A stretch of 64,000 nt of DNA from Leptonemataceae bacterium (GCA_965227295.1 OZ245742.1:1024001-1088000), one strand, 5' to 3'. Shown: positions 1 through 9,613, counted from the first letter of the stretch. Numbers and translations are program-made. The notes: generated by a model from the sequence alone, not told the origin.

Positions 1-1149
1 GATCTCGTTGAAAGAGAACACGCGCTGCACCGCGGCATGGACCTGACCGCATGTGATCATCTCCTGTAAGATGCGAATGTCTTCCTGGCCCGCGAAGTGT
101 GACCCTTGAAAGCGCACGGATTTACGACTGAACTCCGAGCCGGCCATGGACGCGAGATATCCGGTCGTCCCGGCGCAAATCACAACCATGCCGCCCGGCG
201 CACACAGATGAAACGAAAGCGGCAGCGTATGCTCTCCAGGATGTTCGAAAACAATTTCTGGTAACTTGCCTTTTGTTATTGTTAGTACTTCTTCACGAAA
301 TACGTTCGCCCCGGCAATCCACCCGGCTTCGTTGTTTTTGTTTCGCGCGCCCGGTATTTTTACGTGATCGCGCCGGATTACGCCGGCAGCCCCAAGGCGC
401 TTGCAGAATTCCGCCTTCTCTTCGCTGTTTACAACGGCCACGGGAATGCCGCCGGCGGCTTTTACGATCTGAACGGCCATGCAGCCGAGGCCGCCGCTCC
501 CGCCCCAGATCAACACCGGCATGCCGGGTGTAACAACGTTTGGCTCCCAGTGCAACAGCATGCGCACCGCCGTGGCACCGCACAGTAAGTAGGCCGCGCT
601 GTCTTCCCAGCTCAAGTTGCGCGGGCGCGGCCAGACCTGCCAGGCGCGAGCACGACAGAACTGCGCGAACGATCCCCAGTTCGTTTCGTAGCCCCAGGCC
701 CGTAGCGACGGCGCATAAGCCGCATCACCGCCGTGCGCGATATAGGGATCATCGTGCTCCCAAAAGCCGGGGGAAACGATCACCTCATCACCGACGCGAA
801 CATTTGCAACGTTGTCGCCGACCTGGTAGACGATGCCGGCTGCATCGGAGCCGCCGATGTGAAAGTCCTCGGGCTCGCCCTGTTTATTGCGCGCGGCAAT
901 GACGTCCACCGGTCGCCCCAGAGCGGCCCAGACGTTGTTATAGTTCACGCCCGCGGCGATTACAGCGACGAGTACATCGAGCGCCCCCAATGGCGGCACG
1001 GGAACCGTTTCGATTTGGAAGGCGTGCTCCGGGTCGCCGAATCGCTCCCGGCGGATGACCTGGGCGTGCATGAACTCCGGCACCACGCCCGGGGGCGGCA
1101 GTTCTCCGATCGGATACAGTTTCTTCGTATGGCGCACGGTGGAAGCCAT
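1..1149 (-). CDS. ccr: Crotonyl-CoA carboxylase/reductase family enzyme (3' end runs off the window)
   Basis: Not in ORF track; manual translation from ATG at 1149 is open to base 1 and contains AAGVNYNNVWA, FHIGGSDAAGIV, WGYETNWGSFAQF, LIWGGSGGLG, FEHPG, GGMVVICAGTTGY and QGSHFA, all Ccr hallmarks. Confidence 0.9.
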   Translation of the reverse strand, partial: MASTVRHTKKLYPIGELPPPGVVPEFMHAQVIRRERFGDPEHAFQIETVPVPPLGALDVLVAVIAAGVNYNNVWAALGRPVDVIAARNKQGEPEDFHIGGSDAAGIVYQVGDNVANVRVGDEVIVSPGFWEHDDPYIAHGGDAAYAPSLRAWGYETNWGSFAQFCRARAWQVWPRPRNLSWEDSAAYLLCGATAVRMLLHWEPNVVTPGMPVLIWGGSGGLGCMAVQIVKAAGGIPVAVVNSEEKAEFCKRLGAAGVIRRDHVKIPGARNKNNEAGWIAGANVFREEVLTITKGKLPEIVFEHPGEHTLPLSFHLCAPGGMVVICAGTTGYLASMAGSEFSRKSVRFQGSHFAGQEDIRILQEMITCGQVHAAVQRVFSFNEI

Positions 1150-1264
1150 AGAACCGTCCGACTAATATGCTCTCTCTTGAATTTAGCAAGTAGTATTTTC
1201 CGCATTAGAAAATCATAAATACTTGCCGGTTCCGTGCCGGAGGAAGATCGTTCCGGCATAGTAT

Positions 1265-2317
1265 ATGAGCGAGTTGTTATGCGGATCAGTGGAGAGCGTA
1301 CGCATCAGCGGCGTGGGGACGGCCTTTGCTTCGAGCGGATGCTGGATTCATAACAACGACATTCATGAACTTCTGCACGGGTCGGCGTGGCGGAACATCA
1401 TGAAAGACCAGGGCCTGGACCCGCGGTACTATGAGCAACGCCACGGTTTTGTGCGCCGACACTGGACCCACATGCCCGGCGAGGCACTGTCCTCCGACGA
1501 ACCGACCTCCGCAGATTTGATGACCGACGCGGCGCGGGCCGCACTGGAACAGGCGCGGATCCGTCCGGAAGATGTTTCGCTGTTCATCGCCGTGTCCACG
1601 ACATCGCCACGGTACACTTCGTCGCTTGGTACGTTGGTTGGCGGCCGCCTGGGCCTGCGCAGTCCCGCCTTCGAAATGAAATCGGGTTGTTCTTCCTCGC
1701 TGTACGCCTTAACCATCGCCTATCGATTCTTAGCGGACGGAGCGCGACACGTATTGATCGCGGCAGGAGAAACACTCTCGCGGGTGCTACCACCGCGGGC
1801 ACCGCTCATCTACTCCGGCGGCGACGGCGCCGGTGCCGTCGTACTGAGTCGCGAATCTTCCGGCGACTCCGGCCTGCTCGCCGCGTACTTAGACTCCGAC
1901 GGAAGCTTTGCTCAGGACATGGGCGTGCCGGGTAACCTGCCGCCGCTCCGGAGTGATCTGGACGCGGGGAACTATTATATGGCCGCAACTGCAAAGATCG
2001 GTGACGCGGCGAAAGAACGCTGGCCGGAAAGTGCGGCCGCCGTCTTGCGGGCAGCCGGCTGTAGCGGCAATACCGTAGATCTCTATGTTCCGCATCAAGT
2101 AAGCCGGGATCTCATCTACCACGGTGCCGAAGTTGCCGGCATCCCCCGCGATCGGGTGGTGGATTGCCTCGATCGTTACGCCAACTGCGGTTCGGGTACG
2201 GTCTTGATTGCGCTGGCCGAAGCGCAGCGCCAGGGTCGTTGGGAGACGGGCAGCACGCTGTTGTTGAACGCCGTCGGCGGCGGGCTCGCCTGGGGAGGAT
2301 TGCTGCTTCGCGCGTGA
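1265..2317 (+). CDS. 3-oxoacyl-ACP synthase III (FabH/KAS III)-like condensing enzyme
   Basis: Catalytic Cys-His-Asn in SGCSS, VPHQ, YANCGSG; C-terminal AVGGGLAWG. Confidence 0.88.
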   Translation: MSELLCGSVESVRISGVGTAFASSGCWIHNNDIHELLHGSAWRNIMKDQGLDPRYYEQRHGFVRRHWTHMPGEALSSDEPTSADLMTDAARAALEQARIRPEDVSLFIAVSTTSPRYTSSLGTLVGGRLGLRSPAFEMKSGCSSSLYALTIAYRFLADGARHVLIAAGETLSRVLPPRAPLIYSGGDGAGAVVLSRESSGDSGLLAAYLDSDGSFAQDMGVPGNLPPLRSDLDAGNYYMAATAKIGDAAKERWPESAAAVLRAAGCSGNTVDLYVPHQVSRDLIYHGAEVAGIPRDRVVDCLDRYANCGSGTVLIALAEAQRQGRWETGSTLLLNAVGGGLAWGGLLLRA

Positions 2318-2332
2318 GCCGTGAGAGGATGC

Positions 2333-3094
2333 ATGGGCACACTGGATGAAAAACGAGCGCTGATCCTCGGGGCCGGCCGCGGCATCGGCGCGGCGACAGC
2401 CGCCGAATTTGCGGTACGCGGCGCGCAGGTCCGCCTCGTGGCGCGGAGCGAGGCGGAACTAATCGCACTGCACGGGAAGTTAGACGGCCAGGGACATGGG
2501 CACCACGCCCTGGACCTCAGCTCTGCCGACGACTGTGCCGCGCTCATCGACGCTATCGCAAGCGAACCGCCGCACATCGTCGTACAGAACTTTCACGCAC
2601 GCAGCCGACTGAAGAGACTGCGCCACATTCACGCATCGGATCTGGCCGAGAGTATCCGCGCAAATACCGAGGCCCTGCTGCAACTCCTCGCGGCGGTGCT
2701 GCCGTTTCAACGCGAGGCCGGCTTTGGCCGTTGGATCAGCGTAAGTTCCATGGCCGCCCGTCTCGGCGGCCCGGGACAGGCATCGTATGCGGCGGTGAAA
2801 TCGGCCATCGAGAGCATCTATCGTACACTGGCCGTGGAAGAACACCGTACCGGCATTACGGCGAACATCGTGTCACCCGGCTTCATCGATACGCCGGGCG
2901 TGCGCGAGAATTATCCGGAGGCATTGCGCGAACGTCTTGCCGCGATGAACCTCAGCGGACGCGCCGGCACAGCGGAAGAAGTGGCGCATGCGATTGCGTT
3001 TCTGGCGGAGCCGGCCGCCGCGTTTGTTACGGGGAGCAATCTTGTAGTGGACGGTGGTCTGGAGCGCGGCTGGTTTTTGAATCGGAGCGATTGA
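2333..3094 (+). CDS. SDR family oxidoreductase (FabG-like ketoreductase)
   Basis: GAGRGIG Rossmann motif, YAAVK catalytic motif, SPGFIDT, VTGSNLVVDGG; ATG 2333 follows GAGAGGA. Confidence 0.88.
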   Translation: MGTLDEKRALILGAGRGIGAATAAEFAVRGAQVRLVARSEAELIALHGKLDGQGHGHHALDLSSADDCAALIDAIASEPPHIVVQNFHARSRLKRLRHIHASDLAESIRANTEALLQLLAAVLPFQREAGFGRWISVSSMAARLGGPGQASYAAVKSAIESIYRTLAVEEHRTGITANIVSPGFIDTPGVRENYPEALRERLAAMNLSGRAGTAEEVAHAIAFLAEPAAAFVTGSNLVVDGGLERGWFLNRSD

Positions 3095-3104
3095 GTCTCG
3101 CAAC

Positions 3105-3494
3105 TCACGCCGCATCGCCCGACTGGTTCTGCACCATGGCGCGCCAGACGATTTGCCAGGCGCCGTCGGTTTGTTGCAACGCCCAGTGTTCGCGGCCCTG
3201 TTCTTTGTGACTCTCACCGTTCAGCGTGTATTCGATCGTGTAGTCCATGATCACGACGCCGGTGCGACCCCAGGTGCGAATGCTGCGGCGGCGTACCTCG
3301 AAGGCGCGGGTCTGCGCTGCGCTTACATAGTCTTTGATCGTTTGCAGGCAGGCGTCGCGGCCCGCGATTTCGGTTTCGCCGTCGGGGGCGACGAAGATGA
3401 CGTCCGGATGCAGGAGCGGTGTAATGTCATCGATGCGGCCCCGGGTCCAGCCGTCGTTGAAGTGTTCCATGAGTTGTGGGATGGCGTCGGGCAT
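3105..3494 (-). CDS. NTF2/SnoaL-like (DUF4440-type) protein
   Basis: 129 aa; LLHPDVIFVAPDG..IAGRDA and C-terminal DGAWQIV typical of NTF2-like fold. Confidence 0.75.
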   Translation of the reverse strand: MPDAIPQLMEHFNDGWTRGRIDDITPLLHPDVIFVAPDGETEIAGRDACLQTIKDYVSAAQTRAFEVRRRSIRTWGRTGVVIMDYTIEYTLNGESHKEQGREHWALQQTDGAWQIVWRAMVQNQSGDAA

Positions 3495-3556
3495 GTTTGG
3501 TTGGTGGCTGATGTTAAGTCGGCGTCAAGGAATTAGCGGCGGACGGGCTTTGTGTA

Positions 3557-3590
3557 GATCGTGGCGTTTCTCCGCAGAAGCGCGGAGGGG
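3557..3590. repeat. Left arm of inverted repeat flanking low-GC ATPase gene
   Basis: gatcgtggcgtttctccgcagaagcgcggagggg matches reverse complement of 5358-5392 at 29/35 aligned positions. Confidence 0.7.
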
Positions 3591-3735
3591 TAGCACCAGG
3601 CTAAATAAGATCAGAAAGTGGTATTGGTGGTGTTGAATTGTTGCTCCGATTGAGAGTTGCTACCTGCATTGCTTGAGTCGTTGGTTTACTTTTTCCCCGG
3701 GCGACAACAGGTTGCAGTTGCAGCCGAGTATGTGA

Positions 3736-5238
3736 TCACCTGTCCGGTTTGAATATTGGAGCCAGCCGCACATCATCGACTTGCTTGCGATCTGCCCCTC
3801 GCTCCCAAAATGCAATTTCTTGAACTCGATTATCTCCCCTCCGGGGAGGATGCGCATAAAGGCCCAAGTCCAGCATATACGCTTCGTATCGTCCATGATA
3901 ACTCTTAGCGCTTGTGTTTTCATGGACTTGATGAATATACCTGTAATCGAGTAACTTGCTCATCAATTCCTTGAAAGTGCGATTCTGCGATGAATCATCC
4001 TTGGTAATCAGGAAAACATTCTTCTTCGCATCTTCAACGCAGAAGGAAACTATTTGCTCTTTTAGTTTTTCTAGTTCATCGAGTTCGTCACCTTCCATAG
4101 TTGTGAGATCTTGATTCTTCGTTTCCTGCAGATAGAGAGTCGCCGCCTCATTGATAAGCAATGTATCTATTTTTTCCTTGTCTGCATCGCGCCCCCGCTC
4201 AATCGCTCGTGCAAGCACGTTTATGAAGTCACGTGGTACTCCTCCCGATGCCAAGATCAATTGATGCCAGGATTCGCCTCCAAATAATGCATCAAAGTAG
4301 CCAACATCTTGACTACCAGTCGCACTCTTGCTGATCTCCTTCCAAATTCGCGAAATAAAATCCTGAACAGATTGAAAGTTTCTAAACGATTTATCGAGAT
4401 CTATAGGCTGAATATCGTGACGCAGCTGTGATCCAATAGATGCCCGCCCCTCTATACGATATATTTTGCTGCGATGAGGGATCGTGCCTATTTTCAGATA
4501 GGCCGCCTCATTTTTCACAAGGGAACCCACATAATCCAGAACGCTAGCTTGGTTTTCGATACCCAAATGATAAAAATCATCTATGATAATAAAGCAAGGG
4601 CGGCCGAACCAAGTAAGGATGTCCCTCAGAAGTAAGCTCGCATCGTGTAGGTGACGATCTATTTCTTCTGATTTCAAGTAATCTCCAGAATGCGTCTCTT
4701 CTACGCTGTTCGTAGTCCGCTCCCCCGCTCGTAATTGATTTTTTCCGGCATAAAGATCCAATCCCATCTCACTATCAAGGTTAGACTTTTGCCCACGCTT
4801 AAGCTCTGATTTTGTGAAGCCCTGCAATCGTAGAGCCAAATACTCCTCTTCCCTCTTCAAACGTCTCATCAGAGAGTACCTCTTTGGCGACCAGAAGCAC
4901 CGCCAAAAAGGCGTCCGTTTATTTATCAATACTTTTGCACCCGCGAAGATGACGCGAAGTATTTGAATTAGCACATCGGGATAGTCTAACTTTTTGTATT
5001 TATCTATGTCGACCCATATCAGCCCATCACCCCGCTCATTTACTCGCCGCTCCAATTCGGTTAGAAGCATCGTTTTTCCAGCGCCTCTTCTACCAAATAT
5101 TACCGTATGAGAGTGCAATTCGATTTGATCAATATGGTCACTTGGGTCGATATATTCCATGGAGCGCCTCCGATCAGATCTAGACGCTTGTAAGTATAGG
5201 AATAGACGCCGAACAATTTCATCTTCTAGCTTTACCAT
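3736..5238 (-). CDS. Orphan P-loop (AAA-type) ATPase, low GC
   Basis: Walker A IFGRRGAGKT, Walker B CFIIIDDF, LASGGVPRD motif; start placed at MVKLEDE (5238) but uncertain; AT-rich relative to flanks. Confidence 0.8.
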   Translation of the reverse strand: MVKLEDEIVRRLFLYLQASRSDRRRSMEYIDPSDHIDQIELHSHTVIFGRRGAGKTMLLTELERRVNERGDGLIWVDIDKYKKLDYPDVLIQILRVIFAGAKVLINKRTPFWRCFWSPKRYSLMRRLKREEEYLALRLQGFTKSELKRGQKSNLDSEMGLDLYAGKNQLRAGERTTNSVEETHSGDYLKSEEIDRHLHDASLLLRDILTWFGRPCFIIIDDFYHLGIENQASVLDYVGSLVKNEAAYLKIGTIPHRSKIYRIEGRASIGSQLRHDIQPIDLDKSFRNFQSVQDFISRIWKEISKSATGSQDVGYFDALFGGESWHQLILASGGVPRDFINVLARAIERGRDADKEKIDTLLINEAATLYLQETKNQDLTTMEGDELDELEKLKEQIVSFCVEDAKKNVFLITKDDSSQNRTFKELMSKLLDYRYIHQVHENTSAKSYHGRYEAYMLDLGLYAHPPRRGDNRVQEIAFWERGADRKQVDDVRLAPIFKPDR

Positions 5239-5357
5239 TCTACTAAGCCTGCCGAACCAGAATATTGACACAATCAAGCATGGGCTGATTTTTTATAAAC
5301 CACTAAACCTTAGGCCCTTTCCGGAGATCTGCCTCCGCCAGTCTAGTCTAACCATCC

Positions 5358-5392
5358 CCCCTTCGCGCCTCTGCGGTAAAAACGCCATAATC
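5358..5392. repeat. Right arm of inverted repeat flanking low-GC ATPase gene
   Basis: ccccttcgcgcctctgcggtaaaaacgccataatc, inverted partner of 3557-3590. Confidence 0.7.
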
Positions 5393-5455
5393 ATCCCCAC
5401 TCCCGCCCCAAATTTCCAGTTGCCCCCGAAGCAATGAACAGCCATTCCGTCACCG

Positions 5456-7066
5456 ATGCCCCGACTCCAATCATCCATTCGCACGAGCACCGAAGAGTAT
5501 CAGCAAAACGCCGCGGCGTTGCAGGAGCGCACGCAGTACATCCGCGAAACCGCGCAGCGCATCCAGCAAGGCGGCGGCGAGAAGTCGCGGAAGCTGCACG
5601 AATCCCGCGGCAAATACTTCGTGCGCGATCGCATTCGACTCCTGCTGGATCGCGGGTCGCCGTTTCTCGAAGTCGGTCTCTTTGCCGGTCACGGCGTCTA
5701 TGAATTCGAAACACCCGCCGCGGGAATCGTGTGCGGCGTGGGCTTGATCGAAGGCGTGGAGTGTATGATCGTTGCGAACGACGCCACGGTCAAAGGCGGC
5801 ACTTACGTACCGCTTACCGTGAAGAAACATCTGCGCGCGCAGGAGATCGCCCTCGAAAATCGTTTGCCGTGCATCTATCTCGTCGACAGCGGCGGCGCGT
5901 TTTTGCCGATGCAGGACGAGGTCTTTCCGGATCGCGAGCACTTCGGCCGCATCTTCTACAACCAGGCACGGCTCTCGGCGCAAAAGATTCCGCAGATCGC
6001 CGTGGTGATGGGTTCGTGCACCGCCGGCGGCGCTTACATCCCGGCCATGTCCGAGGAAACCGTCATCGTCCGCGAGTACGGCACGATCTTCCTCGGCGGG
6101 CCGCCTCTGGTAAAGGCCGCCACCGGCGAAGAGGTCACTCCCAACGAGCTGGGCGGGGCCGAGGTGCACACCGAAAAATCCGGCGTGGCCGATCACTACG
6201 CCGTGAACGACGAAGATGCGCTCAGCATCACTCGCACCATCGTGCGCAATCTCAATCACCAAAAGGCCGGCAAACTTCCGCGGATCGTAAGTTACGACGA
6301 GCCCCTCTACGATCCCGCCGAAATCTACGGCGTCATTCAAAAGGATGCGCGCAAGTCGTACGATGTACGCGAGATCATCGCCCGCATTGTCGACGGGAGC
6401 GTCTTCGACGAATTCAAGCAGCGCTACGCCACGACCATCATCACGGGCTTTGCGCGTATTTTTGGTTATCAGGTGGGCATCATCGCCAACAACGGAGTCT
6501 TGTTTTCCGAAAGCGCGCTCAAGGCGACGCACTTCATTGAACTGTGCTGCGAACGAAACGTGCCGCTGCTCTTTTTGCAGAACATCACGGGTTTTATGGT
6601 GGGCCGCCAGTACGAGGCCGGCGGCATCGCCAGGGACGGCGCGAAAATGGTGACCGCCGTCTCCACGGCCAACGTTCCGAAACTCACCGTCGTCATCGGC
6701 GGTTCGTACGGAGCCGGAAACTACGGCATGTGCGGGCGCGCTTACTCGCCGCGTTTTCTATGGATGTGGCCGAACGCGAAGATCGGCGTGATGGGCGCCG
6801 AACAGGCGGCGTCGGTTCTCTTAACTGTGAAGCAAGATCAGTTAGCCCGCGACGGCAAATCGCTGAACGAACAGGAACAGGCCGAATTCAAGCAGCCCAT
6901 CCTGGACGAGTACAACGCAAAGTCGGACACGCTCTATTCCAGCGGCCGGTTGTGGGACGACGGCGTCATCGATCCCGCGGATACGCGCCGGGTGTTGGGT
7001 CTTTCGCTTTCGGTCTGCGACAACGCGCCGATTCCGGAACCGAACTTCGGTTTGTTTCGTATGTAG
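5456..7066 (+). CDS. Acyl-CoA carboxylase carboxyltransferase subunit (methylcrotonyl-CoA carboxylase beta-like)
   Basis: [55 protein letters not shown]-terminal FGLFRM. Confidence 0.92.
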   Translation: MPRLQSSIRTSTEEYQQNAAALQERTQYIRETAQRIQQGGGEKSRKLHESRGKYFVRDRIRLLLDRGSPFLEVGLFAGHGVYEFETPAAGIVCGVGLIEGVECMIVANDATVKGGTYVPLTVKKHLRAQEIALENRLPCIYLVDSGGAFLPMQDEVFPDREHFGRIFYNQARLSAQKIPQIAVVMGSCTAGGAYIPAMSEETVIVREYGTIFLGGPPLVKAATGEEVTPNELGGAEVHTEKSGVADHYAVNDEDALSITRTIVRNLNHQKAGKLPRIVSYDEPLYDPAEIYGVIQKDARKSYDVREIIARIVDGSVFDEFKQRYATTIITGFARIFGYQVGIIANNGVLFSESALKATHFIELCCERNVPLLFLQNITGFMVGRQYEAGGIARDGAKMVTAVSTANVPKLTVVIGGSYGAGNYGMCGRAYSPRFLWMWPNAKIGVMGAEQAASVLLTVKQDQLARDGKSLNEQEQAEFKQPILDEYNAKSDTLYSSGRLWDDGVIDPADTRRVLGLSLSVCDNAPIPEPNFGLFRM

Positions 7067-7133
7067 ATCTTCTGCGGGGGCCGGTGCACCCGCGGTTCCC
7101 AATTGAGCGGGTGCACCGGCCCCCGCAGAAGAT
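7067..7133. repeat. Perfect 27-bp inverted repeat with 13-nt loop
   Basis: 7067-7093 atcttctgcgggggccggtgcacccgc is the exact reverse complement of 7107-7133; starts 1 nt after the carboxylase stop. Confidence 0.95.
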
Positions 7134-7162
7134 GAAGGGTAGAAGCAATCGTAGCCGGCTTT

Positions 7163-7298
7163 CGAGGAAGACGCCGTTCCGGTCCGCTCAACCCCGCTCC
7201 CCGGCATAACCTCCGCCCGTCGGCTGGAACCAGCCGTACCCATACTCTTTTTAACCCACGCTCACCGCAACTTACACCACGATTCGGGACGCTGGCGA
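7163..7298. repeat. Dispersed non-coding repeat, copy A (partial)
   Basis: Colinear with reverse complement of ~10582-10717 and with ~49401-49525; 7175-7209 vs 49401-49435 = 29/35. Confidence 0.85.
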
Positions 7299-7300
7299 TC

Positions 7301-8077
7301 TCACGGATAAAACGTCGCCTGCACGCTGACCCCGTGCTCGTACTCCTGCTCACTCGCGATCGACACGGGCGCGGCCACGCTTAAGGCGAAATCATCTTCG
7401 ATCTTAAAGCGCAAACCCGGCGCCACCTGTGTGGAAAACAGGCGTCGTTCCTTAGGGGCGAAGCGCATCTTACGCTGAAACTCCGCGAACACATCGAAGC
7501 CGTCGAAGACCAGGCCGGCTTCGGCTTCCCAGACCCAGGCACGATCGAAGGTCTCCTCTTCGGTTTCGCGAAAGCGACTGTTCGTCTGCACGTTTCCGCG
7601 AATCGCCGTGGTGATATAGACCGGGCCCGGGCTCCAGGACAGACCGAGACGCGATTCGAAACGGCCCAGGCGATTGCTGCCGATCCCGCGCGCGTCGTTT
7701 CCCGTGGGCCATTCAATCTCCACGCCGGCGGCTCCGTAGAAGTCCCGCCAGCGCAGACCGAAGCGGCCGCCCGTGGCGATGTTGTCGAGATGCGAGCGAT
7801 CGCCGTCGATGGAGTCGTCTTTGCGCGTAACCGGGACGTCGAAGTAGACCGATCCCCAGGATGCGTAGGCGTATTCGGCGAGCAAGGTCGCGGTGGTCGT
7901 GCGTTCGAAGGTTTCGTTTTCTTCGGATTGAAAGTGCGCACCGGCCAGGCGCACACGATGTCGGGGCAACAGCGTCTGCGTGAATGCGCCGTCCGGCGGT
8001 AACTGTCGCTCGGCGTAAGTTAGCGAGGGAGCCGCTGTGACGGCGAGCGTTGCAATCGCAAGCAGGTTTCGAATCAC
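7301..8077 (-). CDS. Exported protein, probable outer-membrane beta-barrel (transporter-like)
   Basis: Signal peptide, alternating amphipathic strands, EWPTG motif, aromatic-rich C-terminus. Confidence 0.6.
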   Translation of the reverse strand: MIRNLLAIATLAVTAAPSLTYAERQLPPDGAFTQTLLPRHRVRLAGAHFQSEENETFERTTTATLLAEYAYASWGSVYFDVPVTRKDDSIDGDRSHLDNIATGGRFGLRWRDFYGAAGVEIEWPTGNDARGIGSNRLGRFESRLGLSWSPGPVYITTAIRGNVQTNSRFRETEEETFDRAWVWEAEAGLVFDGFDVFAEFQRKMRFAPKERRLFSTQVAPGLRFKIEDDFALSVAAPVSIASEQEYEHGVSVQATFYP

Positions 8078-8994
8078 CAGCTACCTGAAGCTCCACCGCC
8101 GCCGAAGCTGCCGCCCCCGCCCGAGAAGCCCCCGGAGAATCCGCCGCCGCCACCGCTGGAAAAACCACCGCCGCCGATCCGCCCACCGCTGAGGCCGATG
8201 ACCGTGATAATGAACATGAGAACCCCGTAGAACAGCGCGGAGGCGAGGCCCACCGAAAGAATCACACCGATCACGAACGTCACCACGCCGAGACCGCCCG
8301 AGAAGAAGAAACGCCAGGGAAACGGAATCGCGCGGAAGAAAGCGCCGATCAGAAAGGCGCCGATGAATACGATCGAGCTGAACTTGTCGGCGGCGTCGGA
8401 GGTTCCGCCGTCACCGCCGCTCGAGGTTTGCGCCGGTTCGGGCAACGGCTCGTCCATGATCGCGGCGGCGATGACGTCCACCCCGGAACGAATGCCGGTG
8501 TAGAATTCGCCGTCGCGAAAGTGCGGCACGATATGTTCACGGATGATGCGACTCGCCAGCGCGTCCGGGATGGCGCCTTCGAGACCGTAACCAACTTCGA
8601 TGCGCAGACGCCGATCTTCTTTGGCGACGAGCAGAATCACACCGTCGTCGACTTTCCCGCGACCGATCTGCCACTCTTCGGCCACGCGAATGGAGTACTG
8701 CTCGATGGCCTCGGGTCCCGTCGTCGGCACGATGAGTACGACTACCTGAGCACCCTTGTCGACTTCCAGGCGGCCGAGCACGGCGTCCAGTTCTCGGCGC
8801 TCGTTTTCCGTTAACGTTCCGGTAAGATCAGTTACGCGCCCGCGCAGAGGCGGCACCGCGACTTCTTCCAGTAATGCAGGATCAGCCAGGCCGTCGTCCT
8901 GGGCCGCCACGGGCAGGGCGATGAGGGACAACAGAAAAACCGCGCCGAAAAAAACGGAGCGGGCGATGCGGGGTTTGTTCAGTCGATCAATCAA
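8074..8994 (-). CDS. TPM domain (YgcG-like) membrane protein
   Basis: RVTDLTGTL, DDGVILLVAKEDRRLRIEVGYGLEG, Gly-rich tail FSGGGGSFGGGGASGSW. Confidence 0.92.
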   Translation of the reverse strand: MIDRLNKPRIARSVFFGAVFLLSLIALPVAAQDDGLADPALLEEVAVPPLRGRVTDLTGTLTENERRELDAVLGRLEVDKGAQVVVLIVPTTGPEAIEQYSIRVAEEWQIGRGKVDDGVILLVAKEDRRLRIEVGYGLEGAIPDALASRIIREHIVPHFRDGEFYTGIRSGVDVIAAAIMDEPLPEPAQTSSGGDGGTSDAADKFSSIVFIGAFLIGAFFRAIPFPWRFFFSGGLGVVTFVIGVILSVGLASALFYGVLMFIITVIGLSGGRIGGGGFSSGGGGGFSGGFSGGGGSFGGGGASGSW

Positions 8995-9613
8995 AATTCA
9001 CTTCGGGCGGTTTGGAGATGGCCTCTTCGTTCTCAGGTTGGAACGTGGGCTTCGGTGTGTAGCCGAACATGCGGGCGGTAATGTTGTTCGGAAACGTACG
9101 CACGTCCACGTTGTACTGCTGTACGGCTTTGATGTAGCGCATGCGGGCGACGGCGATGCGATTCTCGGTACCTTCCAACTGCGCCTGGAGATCACGAAAG
9201 TTCTCGTTGGATTTGAGCTGCGGATAGTTTTCCGCCACGAGCAACAGTCGCGACAGGGCGGAGCCCATGGACGACTGCGCCTGCTGAAACTTCGCGAAGG
9301 CGGCCGGATCGTCCAGCAATTCCGGCGTGGCGTTGATGCCGCCGACGCGAGAGCGAGCCTCGGTGACTCTAATGAAGACTTCTTTCTCCTGGTCGGCAAA
9401 GGCCTGCACAGTTTTCACGAGGTTGGGAATGAGGTCGTAGCGGCGCTGGTACTGGTTCAGAACCTCGGCCCAGGCAGCCTTCACGGCTTCGTCGTTGGCC
9501 TGGATCTGGTTGTAGCCGCAGCCGCTCGTCGAGAGGGCGAACGCAAAGACGGCTGCGATGAGCACCGCCCGGCGAAGATGCGAAAAAGATCTGGAAACGA
9601 TGGTTGCTGTCAT
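8987..9613 (-). CDS. lemA: LemA family lipoprotein
   Basis: SGCGYN lipobox, YQRRYDLIPNLV, ENYPQLKSNENF, LEGTENRIAVAR; start moved to ATG 9613 because the longer ORF overlaps mscS. Confidence 0.92.
   Translation of the reverse strand: MTATIVSRSFSHLRRAVLIAAVFAFALSTSGCGYNQIQANDEAVKAAWAEVLNQYQRRYDLIPNLVKTVQAFADQEKEVFIRVTEARSRVGGINATPELLDDPAAFAKFQQAQSSMGSALSRLLLVAENYPQLKSNENFRDLQAQLEGTENRIAVARMRYIKAVQQYNVDVRTFPNNITARMFGYTPKPTFQPENEEAISKPPEVNFD

Noticed and set aside
8078-8190. Low-complexity ccg repeats
   Set aside because: Explained by the Gly-rich tail normal for TPM-domain proteins.
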